The position numbers were made by a program, and so were the translations under genes. The notes beneath the pieces are model-generated. The model was not told where the DNA came from, searched no databases, and worked only from the letters and a program-made list of their open reading frames with translations. From assembly GCF_002696735.1 (NCBI RefSeq), contig NZ_NZSL01000019.1: DNA of 24,000 nt; one strand, written 5' to 3'. Positions 1 through 7,510 of the stretch are shown here, piece by piece. How positions within the stretch are numbered: the first letter of the stretch is position 1; every line of letters starts with the position of its first letter. The stretch is from Methylophaga sp. (GTDB taxonomy: Bacteria > Pseudomonadota > Gammaproteobacteria > Nitrosococcales > Methylophagaceae).

Positions 1-513
1 GAATTACAGGACTTGGTGTCTTCATTCAACCACATGATAGGTCGACTTGAGGATAGCTTTAATCAGCTATCACATTTTTCAGCTGATATTGCACATGAGC
101 TACGAACACCTCTGACTAATCTCATCACCCAGACACAGACAGGTTGGCTTAGGCAAATCCAGAACACTCGAAGAATACCGTGAATTGTTGTACTCAAATT
201 TGGAAGAACAAGAACGTTTGGCAAAAATGGTTAATGATATGTTGTGGTTAGCAAAAAGCGAACACGGTTTAGTCAAGCTGGAACAAACACCGCTGGATTT
301 ATCCGATGAAGTCAAAGCGTTGTTTGGTTTTTTTGAAGCGCTAGCAGAAGACCACAAAGTCGCACTAACCATAGCTGGTCAAGCATGACCAATTCATGGC
401 GATAAAGCCATATTGCGCAGAGCAATATCTAACCTAGTTTCCAACGCCATTCGCTTTACTAAATCTGGGAAAAGAGTACTGGTACGACTGGATAATCCTT
501 CAATCGAAACATT
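1..513 (+). pseudogene. Heavy-metal (CusS/CzcS-like) sensor histidine kinase fragment. It is 5'-cut by the window, frameshifted, has an in-frame stop and is 3'-truncated.
   Basis: Frame 1 reads ELQDLVSSFNHMIGRLEDSFNQLSHFSADIAHELRTPLTNLITQTQ (end of HAMP plus the HisKA H-box). Homology continues in frame 2 (VGLGKSRTLEEYRELLYSNLEEQERLAKMVNDMLWLAK...) after a +1 shift near 136-142. There is an in-frame TGA at 386-388. An N-box-like AISNLVSNAIRFT follows, and similarity ends near 513, before any G1/G2 ATP-lid motifs. Confidence 0.8.
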
Positions 514-632
514 GACTAGGTTTCTCCGCTCATTTTCTTTCAGAAAGTATCATCGGCTAATATCCTTCTTATGAAAGTTTTAGAAACTTACTGTAATAGC
601 TCCATTTTAAAACGGACACTGGGTTGACATGG

Positions 633-1928
633 CTATTTAGGATGCAGATTGTCTATTACATAATGATGAATATGCTGTCGCCCAGATAATGCTATGTGCG
701 GGTGGTTATCAGCTAGATCATCATGTCTATGTATGAACTTTTTAGAGTCATTTAATGGCCATAACCTGATTGCTGAAATGAGCGCAATCAATGCAAGGCT
801 GGCAAGCACAACCAAAGTTATCTTCAAACCGGCAATCGATCCAAGCCAGCCAGCCAGCGGATAGGCAACGAGCCAACCGGCATGGGATAAGGAGAACTGG
901 GCAGCAAAAAGTGCGGGTCGGTCCACCCCAATGGATGATTTTATTAACAATCTGCCGACGGGTGTCTGTACAGCCGAAGAGCCAATGCCAAGCAAAGCCC
1001 AGACCGGGATCAGCCATTCAAAGCTGTCTATAGCGATGGCCAAAAGCATTCCTGAAATGAGGATACCCGCTCCCGTTAACATGACCCGACGATCCTGCCA
1101 TCGCTTGAGCAAAGCAGGTAAAGTCAACGCCGCCAACATTGAACCTCCACCAAATGCCGCAAAGGCCATTGCCGTATGCTGATCTGTCAGGCCGAAGTGG
1201 CCCTTCACCAGTACCACAGTGTTAACGATCACCATGGCACCGGCCAAGCTGACAACAAAGTTTAACGCCATTAGTCCCTTTAACCGGGGCGTTGCAGCAA
1301 AGATTTTGAATCCGCGCCGGGCACGCTCATAAACGCTGCGATGCTTCTCCGGTTTGACACCTGATGGAATAGCTACAGAGACTACAAGCAACGCTGAGGC
1401 GATGAAGCCAATAACGGTTCCCGAGAATAGCCCATGCCAACTTGTAACCAGCAAGAAAACTGCTGCCAGAACCGGGCTAATGAGGTTTTCCAAATCATAT
1501 GCAAGGCGGGACAGCGATAGAGCCTTGGTGTAATCATCTTCATCCGGAAGCGTATCCGGGATAATCGACTGAAAGGTTGGGGTAAATGCTGCAGAAGCAG
1601 ATTGAAGTACTGCGATCAGCACATACACCTCCCAGACTTCGGTAACAAAAGGCAATGCAAGCGCTGTTACAGCACGAACAATATCCAACGACACCAGCAT
1701 CGCCCGGCGTGGGACGCTTTCCGCTAACGCCGAAGCAAGCGGTGCGATCAATACATAAGCGATCATCTTGATGGCCATTGCCGTGCCCAGCACCTGGCCG
1801 GCATCATTACCGGCCAGATCAAACGCCATAAGAGTAAGTGCAACAGTTGCCAAGCCGGTTCCCAACAAGGCAACAACCTGTGCGAAAAACAGGTGCCGAT
1901 ATGTGCGATGCATCAATATGTTAAACAT
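633..1928 (-). CDS. MFS transporter (EntS/MFS_3-like, 431 aa)
   Basis: Long ORF with about 12 hydrophobic segments. The N-terminus MFNILMHRTYRHLFFAQVVALLGTGLATVAL and the PRRAMLVSLDIVRA loop are typical of this MFS subfamily. AAGGTG precedes the ATG. Confidence 0.85.
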   Translation of the reverse strand: MFNILMHRTYRHLFFAQVVALLGTGLATVALTLMAFDLAGNDAGQVLGTAMAIKMIAYVLIAPLASALAESVPRRAMLVSLDIVRAVTALALPFVTEVWEVYVLIAVLQSASAAFTPTFQSIIPDTLPDEDDYTKALSLSRLAYDLENLISPVLAAVFLLVTSWHGLFSGTVIGFIASALLVVSVAIPSGVKPEKHRSVYERARRGFKIFAATPRLKGLMALNFVVSLAGAMVIVNTVVLVKGHFGLTDQHTAMAFAAFGGGSMLAALTLPALLKRWQDRRVMLTGAGILISGMLLAIAIDSFEWLIPVWALLGIGSSAVQTPVGRLLIKSSIGVDRPALFAAQFSLSHAGWLVAYPLAGWLGSIAGLKITLVVLASLALIALISAIRLWPLNDSKKFIHRHDDLADNHPHIALSGRQHIHHYVIDNLHPK

Positions 1929-2034
1929 GGTTCACCTTAATTTTATGAATATTGGCAATAGCTTTAATTGTTCATAGTGGTCAGTGTTTAAGCACAAATG
2001 CGTCCCCAAGACATTGCAGTATGTAATTCGGGTT

Positions 2035-2847
2035 CTACCTCGTTTCCACGGACGGTTTAAAAACGGTTGATAACTTCATATCGTACTTAGCAACTCTTCG
2101 TCTCATCCGAGGATTATGAAAACGCTCAATATAGTCAAATAAATCAGCTTTGGCAGAATCCAAGGTTGGGTAACGCATTCGGTTTGTCCGTTCTCTTTTG
2201 AGTACACCAAAAAAGCCTTCACAGGCAGCATTATCGCCACAATGACCGACCGCACTCATCAATGTATTTTTACTAAGCAATCGCTGGTAATCGCCGCTTC
2301 TGAATAGACTGCCTCTATCAGAATGTAAAATAACAGGCCCACTTCCCTGGCGTTGCCAAACAGCCATTTCAACGGCGCGTAATACCATCTGTCGATCTTG
2401 CCGGTGATGCATTGACCAGCCAATCACCAGCTTGCTGAACAGATCGAGTACAACACACAAATATAGCTTGCCTTCGCCTGTTTTGATTTCAGTGATGTCG
2501 GTGACCCACTTAGTCTCTGGTTCCAGAGCCATGAAGTCTCGCTCCAACAAATTATTAACACCAGGCGGTGTTAATAATGGCGGTTTCTTCTGTCCACGTT
2601 TCTTTTTTCTCGGCCATCCCTGAAGTCCGGCAACCGTCATTAAACGTGCAACCCGATTTTTGCTGGCTGTTTCACCTTCAATTGTCAGATCTTCATGCAT
2701 TCGCGGTGCACCCAAAATACCGCCACTATATGTATGAAGTTCACGAATGCGCGTCAGCAATCGATTGTTATCATTCTGTCGGTCACTCGGTAAACGTGCT
2801 TCCCAGCCGTAATAACCGCTAGCGGAAACCTCCAGACAACGACACAT
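2035..2847 (-). CDS. IS3-family transposase OrfB (DDE/rve integrase-core domain)
   Basis: The 270-aa ORF has an ...[33 protein letters not shown]...[12 protein letters not shown]...[20 protein letters not shown] pattern. The same frame is open upstream to the slippery site ([38 protein letters not shown]). Confidence 0.9.
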   Translation of the reverse strand: MCRCLEVSASGYYGWEARLPSDRQNDNNRLLTRIRELHTYSGGILGAPRMHEDLTIEGETASKNRVARLMTVAGLQGWPRKKKRGQKKPPLLTPPGVNNLLERDFMALEPETKWVTDITEIKTGEGKLYLCVVLDLFSKLVIGWSMHHRQDRQMVLRAVEMAVWQRQGSGPVILHSDRGSLFRSGDYQRLLSKNTLMSAVGHCGDNAACEGFFGVLKRERTNRMRYPTLDSAKADLFDYIERFHNPRMRRRVAKYDMKLSTVFKPSVETR

Positions 2848-2894
2848 TAAGCGTACGGGAAACTCGACGCGACACCGTTGGATCGCCTGATACT

Positions 2895-3181
2895 TCAGGA
2901 CGACTCCCTGGCAAAGAACGTCGCCGCTTCGCGTAAAAAATACCGTTCCTTCTTCACTCGCGCCAGTTCACGTTTAAGAAGGGCAACTTCTTCATCTCTG
3001 GGACTACCTGTACCATTAAAGGCCTGCTGGCCATTCTGATCTGCTTCACGTCGCCATCTCGTTAGCAGATTTGGAGCAAGCCTCAGTTTTTGAGCAATCT
3101 GGGCACAGCTAAACCTGGCTGCCGGGTTTATTCAACAGCACCACGTTTGAACTCTGGACTGTATTTTCTTCTCTTCGACAT
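2895..3181 (-). pseudogene. IS3-family OrfA (HTH) interrupted by a frameshift
   Basis: ATG at 3181 gives MSKRRKYSPEFKRGAVE followed by TAA. The next frame continues [78 protein letters not shown]. This is consistent with loss of one A in GAAATA (now GAATA), near 3126-3132. Confidence 0.7.
2934..2940 (-). promoter_or_regulatory. Programmed -1 ribosomal frameshift heptamer U UUU UUA (orfA to orfAB)
   Basis: The minus strand reads gaa cgg taT TTT TTA cgc in the orfA frame. The -1 frame from this point is open into OrfB. This is the standard IS3-family arrangement. Confidence 0.6.
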
Positions 3182-3494
3182 AAACATTCCTTTTGCCCAT
3201 TATCAGGCTTCTTTGAAGTGTCCGCAAAATCGGGGTAGAGCCCCTAGGGATTGTATTTGTTCTAGGTTGGTATCCTAGAGGGGCTAAACAATTATCCTTA
3301 GCTCTTTTGCCAATTATTTTGGGCTGTATTGGGCTTAACTACTTACATCAACAGCTTTTAAATCAAGTATCAAACAAATTCCAGTGGACGATCCAGATAG
3401 TTTCGTCAAACTAATGATTCACCAGATTAATTATTTTAATGTGTCCAGCAACGACGATCAGGGAATGCTATGTAGCTCTATGTCATCTAAATAT

Positions 3495-3537
3495 TTCACC
3501 ATTTGCCATATGGCGCTATAATATAGGCCAGATGGCA
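3495..3537 (+). promoter_or_regulatory. Putative promoter and palindromic operator of the xre-res operon
   Basis: TTCACC (3495-3500), 16 nt, TATAAT (3517-3522). The inverted repeat TGCCATATGGC (3504-3514) / GCCAGATGGCA (3527-3537) brackets the -10 element. Confidence 0.45.
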
Positions 3538-3557
3538 TACAGCCAAAGGGGAAATTT

Positions 3558-4061
3558 ATGTCAGAAAAATATATTGAAATTGAAATGAAGCCTAAAGCTG
3601 GGAGAAGAGTTAAGCCTGCTCATGTTACAAAATACTCAACGCCACTGCCAACTCCCGAAGAAATAATGATAAGTGTTGGATTTTCTACCAATAATAAACT
3701 GCAACTTATTCAGCAAATAAGACGAGGTGTAGCAGTTTCTTCGCTATATGCACTGGCCGATAGACTAAGCATTGGCGTGAATGAAATGAATGAGATAGTC
3801 AATATTTCAGCAAGAACATTTACCAGAAGAAAGCGTGAAGGTGTGCTTCACGCCGATGAAACGGAACGCGTTTACCGACTTGCTGATCTCATGGCTAGAG
3901 CAACCGAAGTGCTGCATAGTAATGAAGATGCACAGCATTGGCTCAAAACTCCCAAAAAAGCATTGGGAGGTGAAACGCCTCTGAAACTGGCTGATACAGA
4001 ATTAGGAGCGAAAGAGGTTAAAGACTTACTGGGTAGAATTGAGCATGGTGTCTTTTCATGA
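3558..4061 (+). CDS. Xre/ParS/MbcA-type antitoxin (DUF2384 toxin-binding domain)
   Basis: The C-terminal half (TFTRRKREGVLHADETERVYRLADLMARATEVLHSNEDAQHWLKTPKKALGGETPLKLADTELGAKEVKDLLGRIEHGVF) matches the DUF2384 pattern. GGGG precedes the ATG. The stop overlaps the toxin start (ATGA). Confidence 0.85.
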   Translation: MSEKYIEIEMKPKAGRRVKPAHVTKYSTPLPTPEEIMISVGFSTNNKLQLIQQIRRGVAVSSLYALADRLSIGVNEMNEIVNISARTFTRRKREGVLHADETERVYRLADLMARATEVLHSNEDAQHWLKTPKKALGGETPLKLADTELGAKEVKDLLGRIEHGVFS

Positions 4062-4567
4062 CAGACATTACTGCTGTCCGAATTATTCAAAATCAATTAG
4101 CTTCAAAAACAGAGGTGATCAACGGTATTAAAGTTCCTGCAGCATTTACTGGAGAAGGTTCTAGAAAGTTTGGAGGAAGATGGAATTCTATTGGGACTCC
4201 AATAGTTTACACAGCTGGTACTCAGTCTTTGGCAATCTTAGAAGTTGTTGTTCATGTTGAATCTGAAAGACTGTTAGAGCACTATTCATTGTTTGAGGTA
4301 AGCTTCGATCAAAGTCTTGTATTAGAGCTTTCGCTCGATAGTTTGCCTGAAGATTGGCAGAGTGACCCAGCAGCGGAATCGACTAAAGTAATCGGTGATC
4401 AGTGGGTAAAACAAGCAGATTCTCTTATTCTACAGGTGCCAAGCACTATCGTTAGCGATACACCAAACTACATCATCAATCCTTATCATCCAAATTTAAA
4501 CAAGCTCAATATTATTGGGCCTATACCTTATCCCATTGATCCTAGAATTAAGCAGACCCGTTCTTAA
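4058..4567 (+). CDS. RES-domain toxin (NAD+-targeting, Res/MbcT/ParT family)
   Basis: GGRWNSIGTPIVYTAGTQSLAILEVVVH and LQVPS supply the R-E-S signature. The gene has a 4-nt overlap with the upstream DUF2384 antitoxin. Confidence 0.85.
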   Translation: MTDITAVRIIQNQLASKTEVINGIKVPAAFTGEGSRKFGGRWNSIGTPIVYTAGTQSLAILEVVVHVESERLLEHYSLFEVSFDQSLVLELSLDSLPEDWQSDPAAESTKVIGDQWVKQADSLILQVPSTIVSDTPNYIINPYHPNLNKLNIIGPIPYPIDPRIKQTRS

Positions 4568-4569
4568 AA

Positions 4570-5694
4570 TCAGATTATCCCTTTATTCCTTAAATAGAAT
4601 TCTAATTTCTTACGAAGTATAAGATTTATTCTAAGTGCATTACGAATAGCTTTAACCAGTCTCACTGGCTCAATGGATAAGGCACCCTCTACGTTTTTAA
4701 GATAGTTTGCAAAGAATTCTGCTTCTTCCAATGTACATCTCTTCACATCCAGTGGATCTGCTGTGATTCCCATATAGGTTTTACGGTCAACAGTCGGGAT
4801 ATCACAGTAAACAGGCGGGTCTATATAAACCGATTTATCTCTGCACACAACATATTCGTTATTATCTTGTTCCGTTCTTAGAAACAACTCTGCTTTGTCA
4901 ATAAAGATCAGTATGTTTGCATAGGCAACTTCAGCTGATTCGCCTATCCTCTCAAAGTATTCTGCCTCTCTTGATCGTTTCGTCATTTCATATTGTTTTT
5001 TAAACTTTTTGGCATCTTCATAATGCTCACTCATTGATGCTTCATCGAGAGTATCTGGGCTTTTATCAGGTTCCATGAGGCTCTTGAGAAAGTTAACTGA
5101 GCGAGATATCGCCTTAACCTTAATCATTAGCAGCACTAATGAGAGTAGAGCAAACAAGGTTCCGATCCTTACAGCAAATATATCTGCTGACATGGCTCCA
5201 TCAAATGCTACCCGCTTATCTTCATAATAATAGCCAGTGCCTTGTAGAATCGTTTCCAGGTAGAACCTGGCATAGTTACTAGAGCTGTGTGGAGATACCA
5301 GTTTGACATCATCTGATGCGAGTTTAGGTATCACAATTTCTTTTTGCTCAACATAGATCATGGGTGTGCCTTTACCCTCAAAAGTGACAACCTCTTCACT
5401 CAAAGCGGGTCTACCCTGTTCATTTAGAATCGGGAATTTAGCGGTCACCGGGACTGTACGATTTAAAGAACCCAGATCAGAGATGCTTTCAAGCCTTGTT
5501 GGCTCTGGAATATAACCAATAACTCTTTCTTCATAAGCTACTGTCTGTGTGGTCACTTCTACTGTCGTAATAGGTGTACTAAGCCAATAAAGTCCAAACA
5601 GGACATAGCCAGTGACCAGACCAATTCCAGCAGAGACTTCATTAACAAAGCTCAGATTCCTTTCAATCCCACCAAACCATTTTCTTTTAATCAT
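4570..5694 (-). CDS. Hypothetical two-TM protein (374 aa) with an extracytoplasmic middle domain and a cytoplasmic C-terminal domain
   Basis: Long ORF with hydrophobic segments at GIGLVTGYVLFGLYWL and IGTLFALLSLVLLMI. It lies 48 nt downstream of the DUF2971 gene on the same strand. No family recognised. Confidence 0.7.
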   Translation of the reverse strand: MIKRKWFGGIERNLSFVNEVSAGIGLVTGYVLFGLYWLSTPITTVEVTTQTVAYEERVIGYIPEPTRLESISDLGSLNRTVPVTAKFPILNEQGRPALSEEVVTFEGKGTPMIYVEQKEIVIPKLASDDVKLVSPHSSSNYARFYLETILQGTGYYYEDKRVAFDGAMSADIFAVRIGTLFALLSLVLLMIKVKAISRSVNFLKSLMEPDKSPDTLDEASMSEHYEDAKKFKKQYEMTKRSREAEYFERIGESAEVAYANILIFIDKAELFLRTEQDNNEYVVCRDKSVYIDPPVYCDIPTVDRKTYMGITADPLDVKRCTLEEAEFFANYLKNVEGALSIEPVRLVKAIRNALRINLILRKKLEFYLRNKGII

Positions 5695-5742
5695 TTTCTA
5701 GTCTTTATTTGCCTGGCATATACTGGCCGTAATTGAGACTAA

Positions 5743-6672
5743 TTAATCATCACAAGGTCCGAATATTTCAATTCCTGAACGAGCTGTTAAAGGTAATTGG
5801 CCGCAGTCTTCTATATCCGAGCGTCTTAGTTCAAAGCTATCCCCTATTAAGCTCATTTGATAAAACGAAATGTCACGGGGTTTAAGTGCATTCATAACAG
5901 CATGAATGACAGATAACGAGCATCGTAGACCAAAGATAATTTCCACTAAACATAGAGGAGAATCTTGTATGCCTACTTCTCCTATTAATCGCCACTCTTG
6001 TTCATATTGCCAAGGTTCAGCTTTACGTAAGAGTGTGTTTTGATCTAAGGCTTTCTGAGCTTGTATATCATGATGTAAAACTGCTTTAGCAATTAGACTG
6101 GTCTTGATTGTTCTTGCACCTCCATAAAGCACTTTATGAAGTGATGGTTCAGGGTTTCTATTTAATGAATAACCCACACAAAACCCTTTATGCTGGTCAC
6201 CATAATGACTCCAGAGTATGGGGTTAGAGTACTCAGCTGAAAAGCAGCATATACCACGGTTATTTTGCTTTAAAAGTTCGCTATGTATTCCATGGTGAAA
6301 CATCCCACATTCCGCCTCTTCAACCGAGCAAGTGTAGTCCGGATTAGTAGCGTAATGCTCAATCCTTCTTAGTTCATTTTCGGATGACTGCTGTGCTTGT
6401 TCTTTAGCACGTGAGTTACTAATTTTATCGGTGAGATTGGTTGCTTGAAGAGAGTTTGTTACTTCTTTTTCGACTCTTTTCTGTATTAATGAGCTTAGTA
6501 TTTGTCTTAATGTTTCTCTATCTGAGTCTCGCTCTACAGCTGGATTACAGTCCAGTGGGTCATTAAAATTTGTAGGATCGGAAAAATATAGCTGGTCATG
6601 GCATAAGGCATCAAGGGAAAGGGCATTGAATGCTTGATATCGATAAATGATTTCAGGGTTGCTTTCTCTCAT
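5743..6672 (-). CDS. DUF2971-family protein (309 aa)
   Basis: IYRYQAFNALSLDALCHDQLYFSDPTNFNDPLD ... PILWSHYGDQHKGFCVGY ... KVLY ... PWQYEQEWRL matches my memory of the DUF2971 motif series. Confidence 0.75.
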   Translation of the reverse strand: MRESNPEIIYRYQAFNALSLDALCHDQLYFSDPTNFNDPLDCNPAVERDSDRETLRQILSSLIQKRVEKEVTNSLQATNLTDKISNSRAKEQAQQSSENELRRIEHYATNPDYTCSVEEAECGMFHHGIHSELLKQNNRGICCFSAEYSNPILWSHYGDQHKGFCVGYSLNRNPEPSLHKVLYGGARTIKTSLIAKAVLHHDIQAQKALDQNTLLRKAEPWQYEQEWRLIGEVGIQDSPLCLVEIIFGLRCSLSVIHAVMNALKPRDISFYQMSLIGDSFELRRSDIEDCGQLPLTARSGIEIFGPCDD

Positions 6673-6761
6673 TCTAAATCCTTTAATCCAAGATATTCCT
6701 TAAAAGCCTTGATATGCCTTGAGTACAGCATTTTATGATAGCTGGAGCTATTACTTGCTAA

Positions 6762-6796
6762 TAAAAAAGCCCCTACCCGAAGAAGGTAGAGGCTTT
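6762..6796 (-). terminator. Rho-independent terminator of leader module A
   Basis: Minus-sense AGCCUCUACC-UUCUUCG-GGUAGGGGCU followed by UUUUUUAUU. It is paralogous to the terminator at 16858-16899. Confidence 0.75.
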
Positions 6797-6821
6797 ACTA
6801 AATCCCAGTAGGAATTAGCTC

Positions 6822-6968
6822 TTATGCGGTTCTGTCACTATGTTTGTCTTTGTGCTTACGCTTCTCATCTACTCTGGTTGCATAGTTACCAAGGCAAATG
6901 AAAAACGCTAAAATTAGAACAGCACCTATTACTAATTCCGGCTTTATGTATTCTAAAATAGTCATCAT
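6822..6968 (-). CDS. Small membrane protein A2 (48 aa; one TM plus a basic tail). Not in the supplied ORF track.
   Basis: MMTILEYIKPELVIGAVLILAFFICLGNYATRVDEKRKHKDKHSDRTA. The start AUGAUGA overlaps the A1 stop and lies behind GGAGGAAAUGA. The architecture matches B2 at 16933-17031. Confidence 0.6.
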   Translation of the reverse strand: MMTILEYIKPELVIGAVLILAFFICLGNYATRVDEKRKHKDKHSDRTA

Positions 6969-7150
6969 TCATTTCCTCCGTCTCTAAACTTAATACCATA
7001 GTAAATCAAAACGCCTCCCAACAATATAGCAATGAAAGCGCTAGCCAGTGATTCACCACTATTAGCAAATGCTAACCCGATGAAACCTGCAGTAATGACA
7101 TTGGTGCCTACCTTAATGGAAGCTTCACCTGCGTCTTTCCTCATAGACAT
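6965..7150 (-). CDS. Small two-TM membrane protein A1 (61 aa)
   Basis: MSMRKDAGEASIKVGTNVITAGFIGLAFANSGESLASAFIAILLGGVLIYYGIKFRDGGNE. GGAGAA lies 6 nt before the ATG, directly after the structured leader. Confidence 0.65.
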   Translation of the reverse strand: MSMRKDAGEASIKVGTNVITAGFIGLAFANSGESLASAFIAILLGGVLIYYGIKFRDGGNE

Positions 7151-7335
7151 TCTCCGAAAATAAAAAAGGGAGAATGCCCCCTGAAGGGAATTCTCCCTTC
7201 AGGGTTGAGGTTAACTGCGTCCGTAGAAGCAGCAACATTATGTAAGATACCAACCGTAGTCAGTATCCGTTGAGCACAGCGTTAAAGCAGCTGTGGCACT
7301 TCAGGTACTTGAGTAATCAAGTACGCAGAATCAAT
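7151..7335 (-). promoter_or_regulatory. Structured 5' leader, copy A (five hairpins plus a terminator/antiterminator-like 3' end)
   Basis: See findings. Hairpins: GUACUUGA/UCAAGUAC, CACAGC/GCUGUG, AUACUGAC-UACG-GUUGGUAU and CCCUGAAGGGA-GAAU-UCCCUUCAGGG. The alternative pairing is GGGAGAAU...AUUCUCCC followed by U6. Copy A is paralogous to 17235-17430 and 19255-19460. Confidence 0.7.
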
Positions 7336-7341
7336 GACTTA

Positions 7342-7350
7342 ATAATAACA
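7342..7350 (-). promoter_or_regulatory. Extended -10 promoter element of leader A (TGtTATTAT)
   Basis: It aligns column-for-column with the -10 hexamers of copies B (TAATAT) and C (TATTAT), at the same distance from hairpin P1. The -35 element is weak. Confidence 0.45.
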
Positions 7351-7510
7351 TAATCCGCTTTTTACAGCATCTCTTGGCCTCCTGTTCATACTTGCGTGAT
7401 CACAAAGCTGGGATAACCTTAAATCTGGTATTCAGCCATAGTGAGTTAGTGGAGAATTAATAAAAGAACTTGAAGAACAATTTAGCTTTACACCCGCCAG
7501 CACGTCCCCC

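Larger units (their letters stand above)
2022..3255 (-). mobile_element. IS3-family insertion sequence (~1.2 kb), probably defective
   Basis: orfA/orfB architecture with a slippery heptamer. Imperfect terminal inverted repeats: GGGTTCTACCTCGTTTCCACGGACGGTTTA (2030-2059) versus the reverse complement of 3214-3243, GGGCTCTACCCCGATTTTGCGGACACTTCA, with 21/30 matching. The exact outer ends are uncertain by about 10 bp, and no clear 3-bp target duplication was seen. Confidence 0.75.

Noticed and set aside
100-372. 90-aa minus-strand ORF
   Set aside because: It is antisense to the recognisable histidine-kinase reading frames, Ser-rich and of low complexity, with no start context.
560-630. Patchy similarity between 560-630 and 19590-19650 (shared TTAAAACGGACA plus ACTTA-TGTAA)
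   Set aside because: A 12-mer match is expected by chance many times in 24 kb of AT-rich DNA. The flanking similarity is weak and needs gaps, so I could not establish an IS end or a MITE.
748-1977. Track ORFs 748-1017(-), 791-1033(+), 931-1182(+) and 1768-1977(+)
   Set aside because: All lie inside, or antisense to, the 431-aa MFS gene. Their Arg/Pro/Cys-rich compositions are typical of off-frame translation.
2432-3278. Plus-strand ORFs 2432-2623, 2568-2822 and 3090-3278
   Set aside because: They are antisense to IS3 orfA/orfB. The last one runs across the IS terminal repeat into flanking DNA.
7151-7335. The leader as a retron msr/msd, a CRISPR leader or a type III antitoxin repeat
   Set aside because: The window contains no reverse transcriptase, cas genes, spacer-repeat array or tandem repetition. 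The copies are dispersed, each with its own promoter and downstream CDS.
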